From contig CAJIZT010000005.1 of assembly GCA_905182015.1 (NCBI GenBank), positions 4,312 to 68,311 of the forward strand: a stretch of 64,000 nucleotides of DNA, read 5' to 3'. Every line of letters begins with the position of its first letter. Positions within the stretch are counted from its first letter, which is position 1. Below, piece by piece: positions 13,760 to 25,395 of the stretch. The notes under the pieces are model-generated. The model was not told the DNA's origin, made no database searches, and saw only the letters and a program-made list of their open reading frames with translations. The translations under genes were made by a program, and so were the position numbers. The DNA comes from an alpha proteobacterium MED-G09. GTDB taxonomy: Bacteria; Pseudomonadota; Alphaproteobacteria; MED-G09.

Positions 13760-14599
13760 ATGGCATTAAAAAAATATAAACCTACCAGCCCAGGTCAAAG
13801 AGGCCTTGTTCTTGTTGATAAATCTCATTTATCAAATGAGAGACCAATCAAGGCCTTAACAGAAGGGTTAACTGGAACAGGTGGCAGAAATAATAAAGGA
13901 AGGATGACTGCGCGAAGAAGGGGTGGTGGACACAAAAGACTTTATAGAAAAATTGACTTCAAAAGAAATAAACTTGATATTTCTGCAACTGTTGAAAGGT
14001 TAGAGTATGATCCAAATAGATCTGCTTTTATTGCATTGTTAAAGTATGATGACGGAGAGCTAAGCTATATTATTGCACCCCAAAGACTTTCTGAGGGTGA
14101 TAAAGTTATTTCTAGTGAAAAAGCTGATATTAAACCCGGTAATACGATGCCTATGAAAAAAATGCCAATTGGAACAATTATTCATAATATTGAAATGAAG
14201 CCAGGTAAAGGAGCTCAGCTTATTAGATCTGCAGGCACTTTTGCTCAATTGGTTGGTAGAGATCAAGGGATGGCGATATTAAAACTAACATCCGGAGAGC
14301 AAAGATTAATACCTGACGTATGTAAAGCTACAATTGGAGCTGTTTCAAATCCGGATAATTCTAATACAAAATTAGCTAAGGCGGGAAGAAATAGATGGAA
14401 AGGTAGGAGACCATCGGTGCGTGGCGTGGTTATGAATCCGGTAGACCATCCTCATGGTGGCGGTGAAGGTAAAACTTCCGGTGGTAGGCATCCGGTTACT
14501 CCTTGGGGTGTTCCAACTAAAGGTAAGAAAACTCGTTCCAACAAGGAGTCGGATAAATTTATTATTAAAAGTCGTCATCAAAAGAGAAAAAGAAGGTAA
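13760..14599 (+). CDS. rplB: 50S ribosomal protein L2
   Basis: [21 protein letters not shown]. Confidence 0.99.
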   Translation: MALKKYKPTSPGQRGLVLVDKSHLSNERPIKALTEGLTGTGGRNNKGRMTARRRGGGHKRLYRKIDFKRNKLDISATVERLEYDPNRSAFIALLKYDDGELSYIIAPQRLSEGDKVISSEKADIKPGNTMPMKKMPIGTIIHNIEMKPGKGAQLIRSAGTFAQLVGRDQGMAILKLTSGEQRLIPDVCKATIGAVSNPDNSNTKLAKAGRNRWKGRRPSVRGVVMNPVDHPHGGGEGKTSGGRHPVTPWGVPTKGKKTRSNKESDKFIIKSRHQKRKRR

Positions 14600-14601
14600 T
14601 T

Positions 14602-14880
14602 ATGGCTAGATCAATCTGGAAAGGTCCCTTTGTGGATCAGTATATTTTAAAAAAAGCAGATGCTGCTAGAGCATCTGGACGTAAAGACGTTATAAAGATA
14701 TGGAGTAGAAGGTCTACAATTTTACCTCAGTTTGTTGGTCTTAATTTTGGGGTGTATAATGGACAAAAATTTATACCAGTTTTAATTTCCGAGGATATGG
14801 TTGGGCATAAATTTGGTGAATTTTCTCCTACAAGAACATACTACGGTCATATGGCAGATAAATCTGTAAAGAGAAGTTAG
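14602..14880 (+). CDS. rpsS: 30S ribosomal protein S19
   Basis: [25 protein letters not shown]. Confidence 0.99.
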   Translation: MARSIWKGPFVDQYILKKADAARASGRKDVIKIWSRRSTILPQFVGLNFGVYNGQKFIPVLISEDMVGHKFGEFSPTRTYYGHMADKSVKRS

Positions 14881-14882
14881 TT

Positions 14883-15272
14883 ATGAGTGATATTGATAAA
14901 ATAAAAGAAAAATCTGATATTAAAAGTGCAAAAGCAATTGGTAAAATGATCAGGACAAGTCCAATAAAGCTTAACGATGTTGTTAAAAATATTCGAGGAA
15001 AGAGAGTTGGCGATGCCCTTTCTCATCTTGAGTTTTCTAAGAAAAGAATTTCCAATGAAGCTAAAAAAATTTTAGAGAGTGCTATTGCTAATGCTGAAAA
15101 TAATCACTCTCTTGATATTGATAAGTTGTATATAGATGAGGCGTTTGTTGGAAAAAACTTAGTAATGAAAAGGTTTAGGCCTAGGGCTCGTGGACGAACC
15201 GGAAAAATACTTAAGCCTCACAGCCAATTAACCATCGTTCTTCGTGAAAAGATTTTAGAGGATAAGAAATAA
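14883..15272 (+). CDS. rplV: 50S ribosomal protein L22
   Basis: [20 protein letters not shown]. Confidence 0.98.
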   Translation: MSDIDKIKEKSDIKSAKAIGKMIRTSPIKLNDVVKNIRGKRVGDALSHLEFSKKRISNEAKKILESAIANAENNHSLDIDKLYIDEAFVGKNLVMKRFRPRARGRTGKILKPHSQLTIVLREKILEDKK

Positions 15273-15967
15273 TGGGACAAAAAGTTAATCCAATTAGCAT
15301 GAGACTTGGAATCAATCGTACATGGGATTCTAGATGGTATGCTGGAAAAAATGAATACGGCAAGCTAATACAAGAAGATATTCAAATGAGGGCAATGATT
15401 GTTAAAGATCTTAAAAATGCCGCCATAGCGAATGTTATTATTGAAAGGCCTCATAAAAAGTGCTTGGTAACTATCCATTCTGGAAGGCCTGGCTTAATTA
15501 TCGGAAAGAAGGGTGCTGATATAGAGAACCTCAAAAAGAAACTACAAGCAATTACATTATCAGACGTAGTTGTTAACATTGTTGAGGTAAGAAAACCTGA
15601 GATAAACGCTACGCTTGTTGCGGAGAATATAGCGCAACAGCTTGAAAGAAGAATAGGCTTTAGAAGGGCTATGAAAAGATCGGTGCAATCTGCAATGCGA
15701 TTAGGCGCTCAAGGTATTAGAATAAATTGTGGCGGACGTCTTGGTGGCGCTGAAATAGCCAGAACAGAATGGTACAGGGAGGGGCGTGTTCCTCTTCATA
15801 CTCTCCGTTCGGATATTGATTATGGAGTTGCATCTGCTCATACAACCTATGGTATTTGTGGAATAAAAGTTTGGATTTTCTTAGGCGAGATAATGGAGCA
15901 TAACCCTAATATAAAAGATGAAAAATCTCCTCCGCAAGAAAACAACAAGTCGAGACCTAATAGTTAA
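15272..15967 (+). CDS. rpsC: 30S ribosomal protein S3
   Basis: [30 protein letters not shown]. Confidence 0.99.
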   Translation: MGQKVNPISMRLGINRTWDSRWYAGKNEYGKLIQEDIQMRAMIVKDLKNAAIANVIIERPHKKCLVTIHSGRPGLIIGKKGADIENLKKKLQAITLSDVVVNIVEVRKPEINATLVAENIAQQLERRIGFRRAMKRSVQSAMRLGAQGIRINCGGRLGGAEIARTEWYREGRVPLHTLRSDIDYGVASAHTTYGICGIKVWIFLGEIMEHNPNIKDEKSPPQENNKSRPNS

Positions 15968-15978
15968 GGATAGTTTTT

Positions 15979-16398
15979 ATGTTACAACCTAAAAAAACAA
16001 AATTTCGTAAAGCCCATAAGGGAAGAATAAAGGGTAATGCCAAAGGCGGTACAACTCTTAACTTTGGGTCTTATGGTCTCAAGGCTTTAACTGCAGATAG
16101 AATAACTGCAAGGCAGATTGAGGCAGCAAGAAGAGCTATTACAAGACATATGAAGAGAGCGGGTAGAGTTTGGATAAGAATATTTCCTGATGTTCCTGTA
16201 TCCAAAAAACCTACCGAAGTTAGAATGGGTAAGGGAAAGGGTACTCCAGAGTACTGGGCTGCTAGAGTAAAACCTGGAAGAATAATGTTTGAACTGGATG
16301 GAGTATCACCAGATGTTGCTAAAACAGCCCTAGAGCTTGGGTCTTCAAAACTTCCCGTTTTAACTAAAATTATTTCAAGACCTGGCGAAGAGGCATAA
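15979..16398 (+). CDS. rplP: 50S ribosomal protein L16
   Basis: [18 protein letters not shown]. Confidence 0.99.
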   Translation: MLQPKKTKFRKAHKGRIKGNAKGGTTLNFGSYGLKALTADRITARQIEAARRAITRHMKRAGRVWIRIFPDVPVSKKPTEVRMGKGKGTPEYWAARVKPGRIMFELDGVSPDVAKTALELGSSKLPVLTKIISRPGEEA

Positions 16399-16399
16399 G

Positions 16400-16609
16400 A
16401 TGGCAAAGAAAGAAAAAGATATAAAAGATATGAGCTTTGATGAGTTAGAAGATTCTTTAAAGTCACTAAAGAAAGAGATTTTTAATATTAATATACAAAA
16501 AATGGCTGGTCAATTTGAGGATACATCTCAAATTTCTAAGAAAAAGAAAAATATTGCAAGAGTAAAAACTATGATAAGTAAAAATAAAAAAGAGGTGAGT
16601 AATGCCTAA
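16400..16609 (+). CDS. rpmC: 50S ribosomal protein L29
   Basis: 69 aa between rplP and rps[10 protein letters not shown]. Confidence 0.93.
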   Translation: MAKKEKDIKDMSFDELEDSLKSLKKEIFNINIQKMAGQFEDTSQISKKKKNIARVKTMISKNKKEVSNA

Positions 16610-16832
16610 AAGAATATTAAAGGGAGTTGTTGTCAGTGATAAAGCCGACAAAACAATAACCGTTTCAGTAGAAAGAAGATTTACTGACCCGTTATTTAAA
16701 AAAACGGTCAGAAGCTCAAAAAAATACATGACGCATGACGAAGGTAATAAATTTAAAATTGGTGATTTGGTTCAAATAAGAGAGTGTAAACCTCTCTCCA
16801 AATCAAAAACATGGGAAGTAATAGGCGAATAG
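16602..16832 (+). CDS. rpsQ: 30S ribosomal protein S17
   Basis: [25 protein letters not shown]. Confidence 0.98.
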   Translation: MPKRILKGVVVSDKADKTITVSVERRFTDPLFKKTVRSSKKYMTHDEGNKFKIGDLVQIRECKPLSKSKTWEVIGE

Positions 16833-16856
16833 TCTTTATTTATAAGGTTTCTTGAT

Positions 16857-17225
16857 ATGATACAAATGCAAACAAAATTAGATGTTGCCGATAACTCTGG
16901 CGCAAAGCAGGTACAGTGCATTAAAGTTCTTGGTGGATCCAAGAGAAGAACGGCTTCTGTTGGGGATATAATAGTTGTTTCAGTTAAGGAGGCTATTCCT
17001 CGTGGTAAGGTAAAAAAAGGTGAGGTTCTTAAGGCTGTTATTGTTCGTACAAGAAAAGAAATTCGTCGTAATGACGGTACTGCAATAAGGTTTGATTCAA
17101 ATGCTGCCGTCCTAGTAAATGCTAATGGTGAGCCTCTTGGAACACGTATTTTTGGACCAGTGACAAGGGAGCTTCGTACTAAAAAATTAATGAAAATCGT
17201 CTCATTAGCTCCGGAGGTTATATAG
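16857..17225 (+). CDS. rplN: 50S ribosomal protein L14
   Basis: [22 protein letters not shown]. Confidence 0.99.
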   Translation: MIQMQTKLDVADNSGAKQVQCIKVLGGSKRRTASVGDIIVVSVKEAIPRGKVKKGEVLKAVIVRTRKEIRRNDGTAIRFDSNAAVLVNANGEPLGTRIFGPVTRELRTKKLMKIVSLAPEVI

Positions 17226-17226
17226 A

Positions 17227-17553
17227 ATGTCAGCAAAAATTAAAAAGGGTGACAAAGTTTTTGTTATGTCCGGTAAAGATAAGGGTAAAGAGGGCGAGGT
17301 AACAAAAGTTATAAAAATTTCTGACTCCCAAGACAAAGCTCTTGTTCAGGGCGTTAACCTTGTTAAGAGACATAGGAAGCCTTCTCAGGATAGTGCAGGC
17401 GGAATAATTTCCGAAGAAAGACCTGTTCAGATATCAAATCTTATGATTGTTGACCCAAAAACAAAAAAACCTTCGCGGGTTGGGTTTAAGTTAGATAAGG
17501 ATGGAAATAAAGTTCGTTTTGCAAAAAAATCAGGTGAGGTTTTAAATGGTTGA
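17227..17553 (+). CDS. rplX: 50S ribosomal protein L24
   Basis: [17 protein letters not shown] motif. Confidence 0.98.
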   Translation: MSAKIKKGDKVFVMSGKDKGKEGEVTKVIKISDSQDKALVQGVNLVKRHRKPSQDSAGGIISEERPVQISNLMIVDPKTKKPSRVGFKLDKDGNKVRFAKKSGEVLNG

Positions 17554-18115
17554 TACTTCAAATTACACCCCCAGACTTCAACTGAAATATAATGAAAAGT
17601 TTCAAGAAGATCTACTAAAGAGTTTAAATCTTAATAATATTTTAGAAGTTCCTAAACTCACTAAGGTTGTTATTAATATCGGAGCTGGAAGTCAAGCTGT
17701 CTCCGACAGTAAGAAGGTTAATGATGCTGTTTCTGCCCTTGAGTTAATTTCTGGTCAAAAGCCAGTTAAAACAAAAGCTAAAAAGGCGATTGCCGGATTT
17801 AAGTTAAGAGAAGGTATGGCTGTAGGTGCAAAAGTTACCCTAAGAAAGAGTGTTATGTATGAGTTTATAGATAGACTTGTCACTATAGCGCTTCCTAGGG
17901 TAAGAGACTTTGAAGGTTTAAACCCTAAAAGCTTCGATGGTAATGGTAATTATGCCTTTGGGATTAAAGAGCACTTAATATTTCCTGAAATAGACTATGA
18001 GTCTGTTGCTGAAATTTGGGGCATGGATATTATTATAAATACTACTGCGAGAACAGATGATGAAGCTCTAGCTTTATTAAAAAGTTTTAATTTTCCTATT
18101 AGAAAAAAGAAATAA
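17546..18115 (+). CDS. rplE: 50S ribosomal protein L5
   Basis: [22 protein letters not shown]. Confidence 0.99.
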   Translation: MVDTSNYTPRLQLKYNEKFQEDLLKSLNLNNILEVPKLTKVVINIGAGSQAVSDSKKVNDAVSALELISGQKPVKTKAKKAIAGFKLREGMAVGAKVTLRKSVMYEFIDRLVTIALPRVRDFEGLNPKSFDGNGNYAFGIKEHLIFPEIDYESVAEIWGMDIIINTTARTDDEALALLKSFNFPIRKKK

Positions 18116-18125
18116 GGACATTTAG

Positions 18126-18431
18126 ATGGCAAAAGTAAGCATGGTACAAAGAGATTTAAAGAGAAGAAAATTATACGCTAAGTATAAAGATAAGAGAGAG
18201 AGTCTTTTGTCGAAATCAAAAGATAAAAATATTTCTACTGAAGAAAGATTTGAGGCACGCTTAAAGTTGGCACAGCTTCCTAGAAATTCTTCAAAAAATA
18301 GAATTCGTAATAGATGTCTTCTTACTGGACGTCCAAGAGGTGTTTATAGAAAATTTGGTTTATCAAGAATTGCTTTTAGAGAATTAGCTTCAGACGGCAA
18401 GTTGCCGGGTGTAGTTAAGTCAAGTTGGTGA
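18126..18431 (+). CDS. rpsN: 30S ribosomal protein S14 (long form, no full Cys Zn ribbon)
   Basis: 101 aa; [20 protein letters not shown]. Confidence 0.99.
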   Translation: MAKVSMVQRDLKRRKLYAKYKDKRESLLSKSKDKNISTEERFEARLKLAQLPRNSSKNRIRNRCLLTGRPRGVYRKFGLSRIAFRELASDGKLPGVVKSSW

Positions 18432-18438
18432 GGTTATA

Positions 18439-18837
18439 ATGAATATTAATGATCCGATCGGGGATATGATTACAAGAATTAGAAATGCTCACATGAGAGG
18501 GAAGGAGCTTGTAGAGTCGCCTTCCTCTACTCTTAGGGTAAGTGTTCTTGAAGTTCTTAAAGATGAAGGCTTTATCAGGGGCTACTCAGAGAGCGAAAGG
18601 GATACTGGACAATCTGAAATACAGATAGAGTTAAAATATCATGATGGTGATCCTGTGATTAAAGAGATTATCAGAATATCCAAACCAGGAAGAAGGGTTT
18701 ATTCTTCAGTCAAGAGCATGCCTTTAATAAGAAATGGTCTTGGTATTTCAGTTGTTTCTACACCAAAAGGAGTTATGTCAGATTCATCTGCTCGTAATGA
18801 AAATGTTGGTGGAGAAATTTTATGCACAGTTTTTTAG
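18439..18837 (+). CDS. rpsH: 30S ribosomal protein S8
   Basis: [21 protein letters not shown]. Confidence 0.99.
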   Translation: MNINDPIGDMITRIRNAHMRGKELVESPSSTLRVSVLEVLKDEGFIRGYSESERDTGQSEIQIELKYHDGDPVIKEIIRISKPGRRVYSSVKSMPLIRNGLGISVVSTPKGVMSDSSARNENVGGEILCTVF

Positions 18838-18853
18838 TCAATTGAGGTTTTGA

Positions 18854-19387
18854 ATGTCTAGAATTGGAAAAAAGATTATCGATATACCTGATGGGGTTAA
18901 TATTATCATTAGCGATTCAAATATAATTACATCTGGACCCAAGGGTGAGCTATCTTGTGAAAATTTTTCTGGTACAACGGTTGTCCAAAAGGATGGTCAG
19001 ATAACAGTTGCTCCTATTGATGATTCTCAGGCTAGTATTCAGTATTGGGGAATTCAGAGAACTCTCTTAAATAATAATATTATTGGAGTTACTGAGGGGT
19101 ATAAAAAAACATTAGAGATTAATGGAGTTGGTTATAAAGCTCAAATGAAGGGCAGCAATATTCAATTATCCCTTGGCTTTAGTCACGACATAAACTATGA
19201 AACTCCAAAGGGAATTAAGATTGAAGCTACTACGCCAACGGAAATTATTATTAGTGGAATCGATAAACAGAAGGTTGGCCAGGTTGCTGCTGAGCTTAGA
19301 AGCTACAGGCCGCCAGAGCCTTACAAAGGAAAGGGCGTTAAATACAAAGATGAGTTTATTTTTAGAAAAGAAGGTAAAAAGAAGTAA
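18854..19387 (+). CDS. rplF: 50S ribosomal protein L6
   Basis: [20 protein letters not shown]. Confidence 0.99.
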   Translation: MSRIGKKIIDIPDGVNIIISDSNIITSGPKGELSCENFSGTTVVQKDGQITVAPIDDSQASIQYWGIQRTLLNNNIIGVTEGYKKTLEINGVGYKAQMKGSNIQLSLGFSHDINYETPKGIKIEATTPTEIIISGIDKQKVGQVAAELRSYRPPEPYKGKGVKYKDEFIFRKEGKKK

Positions 19388-19392
19388 ATATT

Positions 19393-19743
19393 ATGGTTAC
19401 TAAATTAGAGATATTAAAAAGAAAAACGCGTGTTAGAAAAAAACTTAAAAAGTCCTCATCAGACAAGATGAGACTTTCGGTTTTTAGATCCTTAAAGCAT
19501 ATCTATGCTCAGGTTATCGACGATGCTAGCGGTATTACTGTTGTTTCAGCATCTTCTTTAGAAAAGTCATCTTCAAGTTTAGGATCAAATATTGAATCAG
19601 CATCAAAAGTTGGTTCTGAAATAGCAAAGAAAGCTATTAAAGCCGGTGTGAAAGAGGTGTATTTTGATCGAGGTTGTTATAAATATCACGGCCGTGTTAA
19701 AGCATTAGCTGATAACGCAAGAGAAGCCGGGTTAAAATTTTAG
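19393..19743 (+). CDS. rplR: 50S ribosomal protein L18
   Basis: [26 protein letters not shown]. Confidence 0.98.
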   Translation: MVTKLEILKRKTRVRKKLKKSSSDKMRLSVFRSLKHIYAQVIDDASGITVVSASSLEKSSSSLGSNIESASKVGSEIAKKAIKAGVKEVYFDRGCYKYHGRVKALADNAREAGLKF

Positions 19744-19752
19744 GAGAATCTA

Positions 19753-20313
19753 TTGTCTACGTATGAAAAAAATCAAAGAGACGAAAGGGATAGTGAGTTT
19801 ATTGATCGCCTGGTATTTATCAACAGAGTATCAACTGTTGTTAAAGGCGGACGTAGGTTTAGTTTTGCCGCTCTTGTAGTTGTTGGTGACCAAAAAGGGC
19901 ATGTGGGTTTTGGCCACGGCAAGGCAAGAGAAGTGCCTGAGGCTATTAAAAAAGCTACAGATGCAGCTAAAGCATCCATGATTAAAGTTCCTCTAAAAGA
20001 AGGAAGAACTCTCCATCACGATATTGAGGGGCGTCATGGGGCAGGCAAGGTTATATTAAGATCAGCACCTCCAGGAACAGGAATTATTGCAGGTGGACCA
20101 ATGCGTGCGGTTTTTGAAGTTTTAGGAGTTCAGGATGTTGTAGCTAAATCCATTGGTTCTTCAAATCCTTATAATATGGTGAGAGCTACTATTATAGCGC
20201 TTGGAAAAGTTAATAGCCCTAGGCAGATTGCGGCCAGAAGAGGCAAGAAGGTTAGTGAGGTAATTAGTCAACGTGTTTCCGAAAGTGTTTCCGAAAACGA
20301 ACTATCTGCATAA
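19753..20313 (+). CDS. rpsE: 30S ribosomal protein S5
   Basis: [21 protein letters not shown] start behind AGGAG. Confidence 0.99.
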   Translation: MSTYEKNQRDERDSEFIDRLVFINRVSTVVKGGRRFSFAALVVVGDQKGHVGFGHGKAREVPEAIKKATDAAKASMIKVPLKEGRTLHHDIEGRHGAGKVILRSAPPGTGIIAGGPMRAVFEVLGVQDVVAKSIGSSNPYNMVRATIIALGKVNSPRQIAARRGKKVSEVISQRVSESVSENELSA

Positions 20314-20322
20314 GGTAAAAAA

Positions 20323-20511
20323 ATGGCATCTAAGAAAATTACAATAGAACAAATAGGTAGTGCGCTAAGAAGGAGCCCTGATCAAAAGCAAACTTTAGTT
20401 GGTCTTGGTCTAAATAAGATGCATAGAGTGAGGGTTCTTGAAGATACGAATTCTATTAGAGGAATGATTAAAAAGGTTAGTCACCTTGTTAAAATCATTA
20501 ATGAGGAATAG
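20323..20511 (+). CDS. rpmD: 50S ribosomal protein L30
   Basis: [21 protein letters not shown]. Confidence 0.97.
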   Translation: MASKKITIEQIGSALRRSPDQKQTLVGLGLNKMHRVRVLEDTNSIRGMIKKVSHLVKIINEE

Positions 20512-20515
20512 TTAA

Positions 20516-21127
20516 ATGAGATTAAATGAACTTAGAGATAACCCTAATGCCAGAAAATCACGGACTCGTGTTGGCAGGGGGATTGGATCAGGCAAAGGAA
20601 AGACTGCTGGTAGGGGCCATAAAGGGCAAAAATCGAGATCTGGTGTTGCAATAAAGGGATTCGAAGGTGGGCAAATGCCCATTCATATGCGTTTACCAAA
20701 AAGAGGGTTTAATAATTATACTCGCAAAGAATTTGCTGAACTAACATTAGGTAATCTTCAGGCCGCTATATCTAAAGGCGTGGTTGACGCGTCCAAGCCA
20801 ATTACTGAGTTAGAGCTAAATGCTGCTGGTATCGTAAAGAAAAGCAAGGATGGTATAAAGCTTCTTAATAAAGGTGAAATTAAAGAAAAAATTGAAATTT
20901 CTTTATCAAAAGCTACTAAATCCTGCATCAAGATAATCGAAGACCTTGGAGGTAAGATTGAGACTTTGGAAAAGCCAAAAGTTAAAAGAATAAGAAAGAA
21001 AAACTCCCTACCTAAGAGCGAACAAACAAAAGAAAAAGTGAATGTAGAATCCTCATCTAATGATAGTGAGGCGGTTAAAGATAAAGAGGTTGTCGAATCT
21101 TCTTCGCAAGAGACGGCAGATAAATAA
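20516..21127 (+). CDS. rplO: 50S ribosomal protein L15 with C-terminal extension
   Basis: RVGRGIGSGKGKTAGRGHKGQKSR, GFEGGQMP. Confidence 0.98.
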   Translation: MRLNELRDNPNARKSRTRVGRGIGSGKGKTAGRGHKGQKSRSGVAIKGFEGGQMPIHMRLPKRGFNNYTRKEFAELTLGNLQAAISKGVVDASKPITELELNAAGIVKKSKDGIKLLNKGEIKEKIEISLSKATKSCIKIIEDLGGKIETLEKPKVKRIRKKNSLPKSEQTKEKVNVESSSNDSEAVKDKEVVESSSQETADK

Positions 21128-21129
21128 TA

Positions 21130-22464
21130 ATGGCTTCAGTTGCCGAACAATTAGCATCTAATATAAGTCTCTCTGCCCTGAAAAGTGCTACTGAGCTAAG
21201 AAAGAGGATTTGGTTTACGATTATTGCACTTATAGTGTATAGATTCGGAACTTATTTACCTCTTCCCGGTATAGATCTCGATGCTTTACGACAAATATTT
21301 GAACAAAATCAATCAGGAATAATTGGTGTCTTCAATATGTTTTCTGGAGGTGCGGTAGGCCGTATGGCTATTTTTTCTCTTGGGATAATGCCCTACATTA
21401 CCGCATCTATTATTATACAGCTGATTGTACCTGTTATACCTTCACTGAATTATCTTAAAAAAGAGGCTGGAGAAAGAGGCAGAAGGCAGATAAATCAGTA
21501 CACCCGTTATGCAACTGTTTTCTTGGCTACAATTCAAGCATGGGGCATTGCTGTTGGGCTAGAAGGCGCTACAGGCGTTGTAGTCGATCCTGGTTTATTT
21601 TTTAAAGTTTCGGCAGTAATAACGCTTGTTGGCGGAACAATATTTCTTATGTGGCTGGGCGAACAAATAACGGCTAATGGTTTGGGTAACGGAATATCGT
21701 TACTTATCTTTGCTGGTATTGTAGCGGAGCTTCCAAGCGCTCTTTTTGGAACAATAGAGCTAGGAAGGCAAGGAGCTCTATCAATCGGCCTGATGTTTGG
21801 TCTTTTGATTTTAGTCCTTTCTACAATAGCATTTGTTGTATTTATAGAGCGGGCTCAAAGAAGACTCTTAGTCCAATACCCTAAACGACAAGTTGGAAAT
21901 AAAATGTTTGGGGGTGATAATTCTCATCTTCCATTAAAATTAAACACTTCTGGAGTTATTCCGGCAATATTTGCCTCTTCATTGCTGCTAATGCCTATTA
22001 CGATTGCAAATTTTTCAGCCGGTCAGGGACCTGATTGGGTCAACAGTGTTACTGCGCTCCTGGGAAGAGGACAGCCACTTTATATGATGGTGTATGCAGC
22101 CCTTATAGTCTTCTTTTGTTATTTTTATACAGCGATAGTATTTAATCCAGAGGACACTGCTGATAATCTAAAAAAACAGGGTGGCTTCATTCCGGGTATT
22201 AGACCTGGCGAAAGAACAGCTCAGTATATTGACTTTGTCTTAACTAGACTAACAGTAGTTGGATCTATCTACCTTGTTTTAGTTTGTTTACTTCCAGAGT
22301 TTTTAATTTCACGATTTGCTGTACCATTTTATTTTGGCGGTACTTCAATTCTTATCATTGTTAATGTTGCAATGGACACCATGACTCAATTTCAAGGGTA
22401 TTTGTTTGCACATCAGTATGAAGGTTTGTTAAAGAAGTCTAAACTTGGCAGTAGGAAACGCTAA
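21130..22464 (+). CDS. secY: Preprotein translocase subunit SecY
   Basis: LGIMPYITASII, GNGISLLIFAGIV, FIPGIRPG, GGTSILIIV. Confidence 0.99.
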   Translation: MASVAEQLASNISLSALKSATELRKRIWFTIIALIVYRFGTYLPLPGIDLDALRQIFEQNQSGIIGVFNMFSGGAVGRMAIFSLGIMPYITASIIIQLIVPVIPSLNYLKKEAGERGRRQINQYTRYATVFLATIQAWGIAVGLEGATGVVVDPGLFFKVSAVITLVGGTIFLMWLGEQITANGLGNGISLLIFAGIVAELPSALFGTIELGRQGALSIGLMFGLLILVLSTIAFVVFIERAQRRLLVQYPKRQVGNKMFGGDNSHLPLKLNTSGVIPAIFASSLLLMPITIANFSAGQGPDWVNSVTALLGRGQPLYMMVYAALIVFFCYFYTAIVFNPEDTADNLKKQGGFIPGIRPGERTAQYIDFVLTRLTVVGSIYLVLVCLLPEFLISRFAVPFYFGGTSILIIVNVAMDTMTQFQGYLFAHQYEGLLKKSKLGSRKR

Positions 22465-23042
22465 TGATTATAATTCTCTTAGGACCGCCTGGCGCTGGGA
22501 AAGGAACTCAAGCTAGCTTTATAGAGAAGGAGTTTGGTATTACTCATATATCAACAGGACACATGTTGCGTGAGGCCGTTAAAGGTCAAACACCCCTAGG
22601 AGTTATAGCAAAGGAAATCATGGCAAGAGGTGACTACGTTCCCGATGATTTACTCTTAAAAATAATTAAAGAGAGAGTGGAAAAAACTGATTGCGATAAT
22701 GGTTTTATTTTAGATGGGTATCCTAGAAATGAAGTTCAAGCAGAATCACTTGATGTTATATTGAGAGAGGTTAATCGAAATATTGACGCAATTATTCAGA
22801 TAGATGTAGATTTTTCTGTTCTTGAAGAGAGGATCGAGGGTAGGTCTCAAGAAAAGAATACTGAAATAAGAGAAGATGATAATTTACAAGTAATGAAAAA
22901 AAGATTACAAGTGTACATTGAACAAACTGAACCTTTGATATCTTACTACTCAAAACATAAAAAATTTATTGTTATCAATGGTATGGGTGATATATCTAAA
23001 GTTTCAGGAGATATTAAGGTTAATTTAAGTAAAGTGAAATAG
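22464..23042 (+). CDS. adk: Adenylate kinase (short, LID-less type)
   Basis: GPPGAGKGT, GFILDGYPR, REDD. Confidence 0.97.
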   Translation: MIIILLGPPGAGKGTQASFIEKEFGITHISTGHMLREAVKGQTPLGVIAKEIMARGDYVPDDLLLKIIKERVEKTDCDNGFILDGYPRNEVQAESLDVILREVNRNIDAIIQIDVDFSVLEERIEGRSQEKNTEIREDDNLQVMKKRLQVYIEQTEPLISYYSKHKKFIVINGMGDISKVSGDIKVNLSKVK

Positions 23043-23046
23043 TCTG

Positions 23047-23074
23047 TTGACTGTTTGGTTTTCAGGGATATAAT
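23047..23074 (+). promoter_or_regulatory. Putative sigma70 promoter of the alpha operon
   Basis: TTGACT (23047-23052), 16 nt, TATAAT (23069-23074), upstream of rpsM. Confidence 0.7.
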
Positions 23075-23112
23075 TCGCGATTCTATACAGCATCGTTTTT
23101 TCGGAGGTTTTT

Positions 23113-23481
23113 TTGGCACGTATCGCAGGTATTAATATACCAACCAATAAAAAGGTATTCGTAGGTTTAACTTACATTAGAGGCATTGGGCCTAAGGTCG
23201 CTTCTGATATATGTGAAAAAGCCAACATACCTTCTGAACGAAGAGTAAATCAATTAACAGACTCTGAAGTTATACAGATTAGAGAAATAATTGAAGGTAA
23301 TTACAAGGTTGAAGGTGAGCTTAGACGTGAAGTATCAACAAACATAAAAAGACTTATGGATTTAGGTAATTACAGAGGCTTGCGTCATAGAAAAGGACTT
23401 CCAGTGAGAGGTCAAAGAACCCATACAAACGCAAGAACTAGAAAAGGTCCTGCTAAATCAATTGCAGGTAAGAAAAAATAA
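23113..23481 (+). CDS. rpsM: 30S ribosomal protein S13
   Basis: [33 protein letters not shown] start behind GGAGG. Confidence 0.99.
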   Translation: MARIAGINIPTNKKVFVGLTYIRGIGPKVASDICEKANIPSERRVNQLTDSEVIQIREIIEGNYKVEGELRREVSTNIKRLMDLGNYRGLRHRKGLPVRGQRTHTNARTRKGPAKSIAGKKK

Positions 23482-23505
23482 ATATAATAATTTAGGTTTA
23501 AAACA

Positions 23506-23895
23506 ATGGCTGATGACAAAAAAAAAGTAAAGCGTCGTGATAAGAAAAATGTACCCAATGGCGTGGCGCATGTAAATTCTACTTTTAATAACACAATGAT
23601 AACTATTGCTGACGAAAGAGGCGATACAGTGGCTTGGTCATCTGCTGGTTTGATGGGATTCAAAGGGTCAAGAAAATCTACCCCATTTGCTGCTCAAATG
23701 GCAGCTGAGGATGTGGGAGCAAAAGCAAAAGAACACGGTGTTAAGGTCCTCAAGGTAGAGGTTCAAGGGCCTGGTTCAGGAAGGGAAAGTGCATTAAGGG
23801 CTCTTCAGTCTATAGGCTTTACAATAACATCAATTAAGGATGTTACTTCTATACCGCATAATGGATGTCGACCCCCTAAAAGACGTCGTGTGTAA
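23506..23895 (+). CDS. rpsK: 30S ribosomal protein S11
   Basis: [24 protein letters not shown]. Confidence 0.99.
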   Translation: MADDKKKVKRRDKKNVPNGVAHVNSTFNNTMITIADERGDTVAWSSAGLMGFKGSRKSTPFAAQMAAEDVGAKAKEHGVKVLKVEVQGPGSGRESALRALQSIGFTITSIKDVTSIPHNGCRPPKRRRV

Positions 23896-23937
23896 ATAAA
23901 AATTTAAGTAAGAACTAATTAATAATGTGAGGTTAAT

Positions 23938-24957
23938 GTGATTATTGAGAAAAATTGGCGTGAACTCCTAAAACCAAGTGAAATAAATCTTAACCCAGGT
24001 CAAGAGCCTGAGAAGTTTTCTAAAATAACTGTCGAACCTCTGGAGAGAGGTTATGGAACAACATTAGGTAATGCTTTGAGAAGGGTTTTGCTTTCATCTC
24101 TTCAGGGTGCTGCAGTTTTTGGGATAAAAATTGACGGTGTATTGCATGAATTTTCATCAATAAATGGTGTTAGGGAGGATGTGACTGATATAGTTTTAAA
24201 TACGAAAAAAATTATTTTTAGAGCGGATTTCTCAGGAATCAAAAGACTAACGATTGAAAAAACTGGCCCAGGTGTTGTTACTGCAGGTGATATTAATTTA
24301 ACGGATGATATCGAAGTAGTTAATCCTGATTTAGTTTTATGTACCTTGGATGAGAACTCCTCTATTCGTGTTGAACTTTCTATTAAAACAGGAAATGGAT
24401 ATGTTCCTGCCGAGCAAAACCGTGACGAGGATAGCCCGATTGGAATGATACCGGTTGACAGTCTCTTTAGTCCCGTTACTAACGTTGCATACCGTGTAGA
24501 GAATGCTAGAGAAGGCGAATCTCTTGATTATGATAGGTTGACTCTTGAGGTTGAAACAAATGGCTCTGTGGCTCCTGAGGATGCTGTAGCGTTTTCAGCA
24601 AGAATTTTACAGGATCAATTAATGCCTTTCATTAACTTTGATGAACCCGAGGAAGAGATCATTGAAGAAGATGAGAGCGAGTTAGAATTTAATGCCGCCC
24701 TCCTCAAGAAGGTTGACGAATTAGAGCTTTCAGTTAGGTCTGCAAATTGTCTTAAAAATGACAGTATTGTTTATATTGGCGATTTAATTTTAAAAAGTGA
24801 AAATGAAATGCTGAGAACTCCAAATTTTGGAAGAAAATCACTAAATGAAATAAAAGAAGTATTAACTGAGATGGGGCTTACTCTTGGGATGGATATTCCT
24901 AGCTGGCCTCCAGAGAATGTCGATGAGCTTGCAAGAAAAGCATCTGATAAATTTTAA
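23938..24957 (+). CDS. rpoA: DNA-directed RNA polymerase subunit alpha
   Basis: [40 protein letters not shown]. Confidence 0.99.
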   Translation: MIIEKNWRELLKPSEINLNPGQEPEKFSKITVEPLERGYGTTLGNALRRVLLSSLQGAAVFGIKIDGVLHEFSSINGVREDVTDIVLNTKKIIFRADFSGIKRLTIEKTGPGVVTAGDINLTDDIEVVNPDLVLCTLDENSSIRVELSIKTGNGYVPAEQNRDEDSPIGMIPVDSLFSPVTNVAYRVENAREGESLDYDRLTLEVETNGSVAPEDAVAFSARILQDQLMPFINFDEPEEEIIEEDESELEFNAALLKKVDELELSVRSANCLKNDSIVYIGDLILKSENEMLRTPNFGRKSLNEIKEVLTEMGLTLGMDIPSWPPENVDELARKASDKF

Positions 24958-24972
24958 TTAATAGGTAGATAA

Positions 24973-25395
24973 ATGCGTCATAAAGTATCAAAACGTAAAT
25001 TAAATAGAACTTCAAGTCACAGAAAAGCTCTTTTAGCTAATATGGCTGTGGCACTTATTAAGCACGAGCAAATTAAAACAACACTTCCCAAGGCTAAGGA
25101 GCTTGCGCCGTATGTCGATAAGCTTATCACCCTTGGAAAAAAAGGCGATCTTAATGCGAGAAGAAAGCTCTATTCTATTGTGCCTGAGAACCAGTGGGGT
25201 GCAAAAGTTTTCGATATACTTGCGGACAGGTATAAGGAGAGAAAAGGCGGATATACTCGCATAATGAAAGCTGGCTTTCGTTATGGAGATTCAGCTCCTA
25301 TGGCTGTTATTGAGCTTGTTGACAGGGATATAGAGGCTTTAGGACAGGATTCTGGTCCTGTAATTGAGAAAAAAGTTGATGACGAAGAGGCGTAA
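24973..25395 (+). CDS. rplQ: 50S ribosomal protein L17
   Basis: [27 protein letters not shown]. Confidence 0.99.
   Translation: MRHKVSKRKLNRTSSHRKALLANMAVALIKHEQIKTTLPKAKELAPYVDKLITLGKKGDLNARRKLYSIVPENQWGAKVFDILADRYKERKGGYTRIMKAGFRYGDSAPMAVIELVDRDIEALGQDSGPVIEKKVDDEEA

Noticed and set aside
22464..23113. Absence of map, infA and rpmJ after secY, and of rpsD in the alpha operon
   Set aside because: secY-adk-rpsM-rpsK-rpoA-rplQ is the ordinary alphaproteobacterial arrangement
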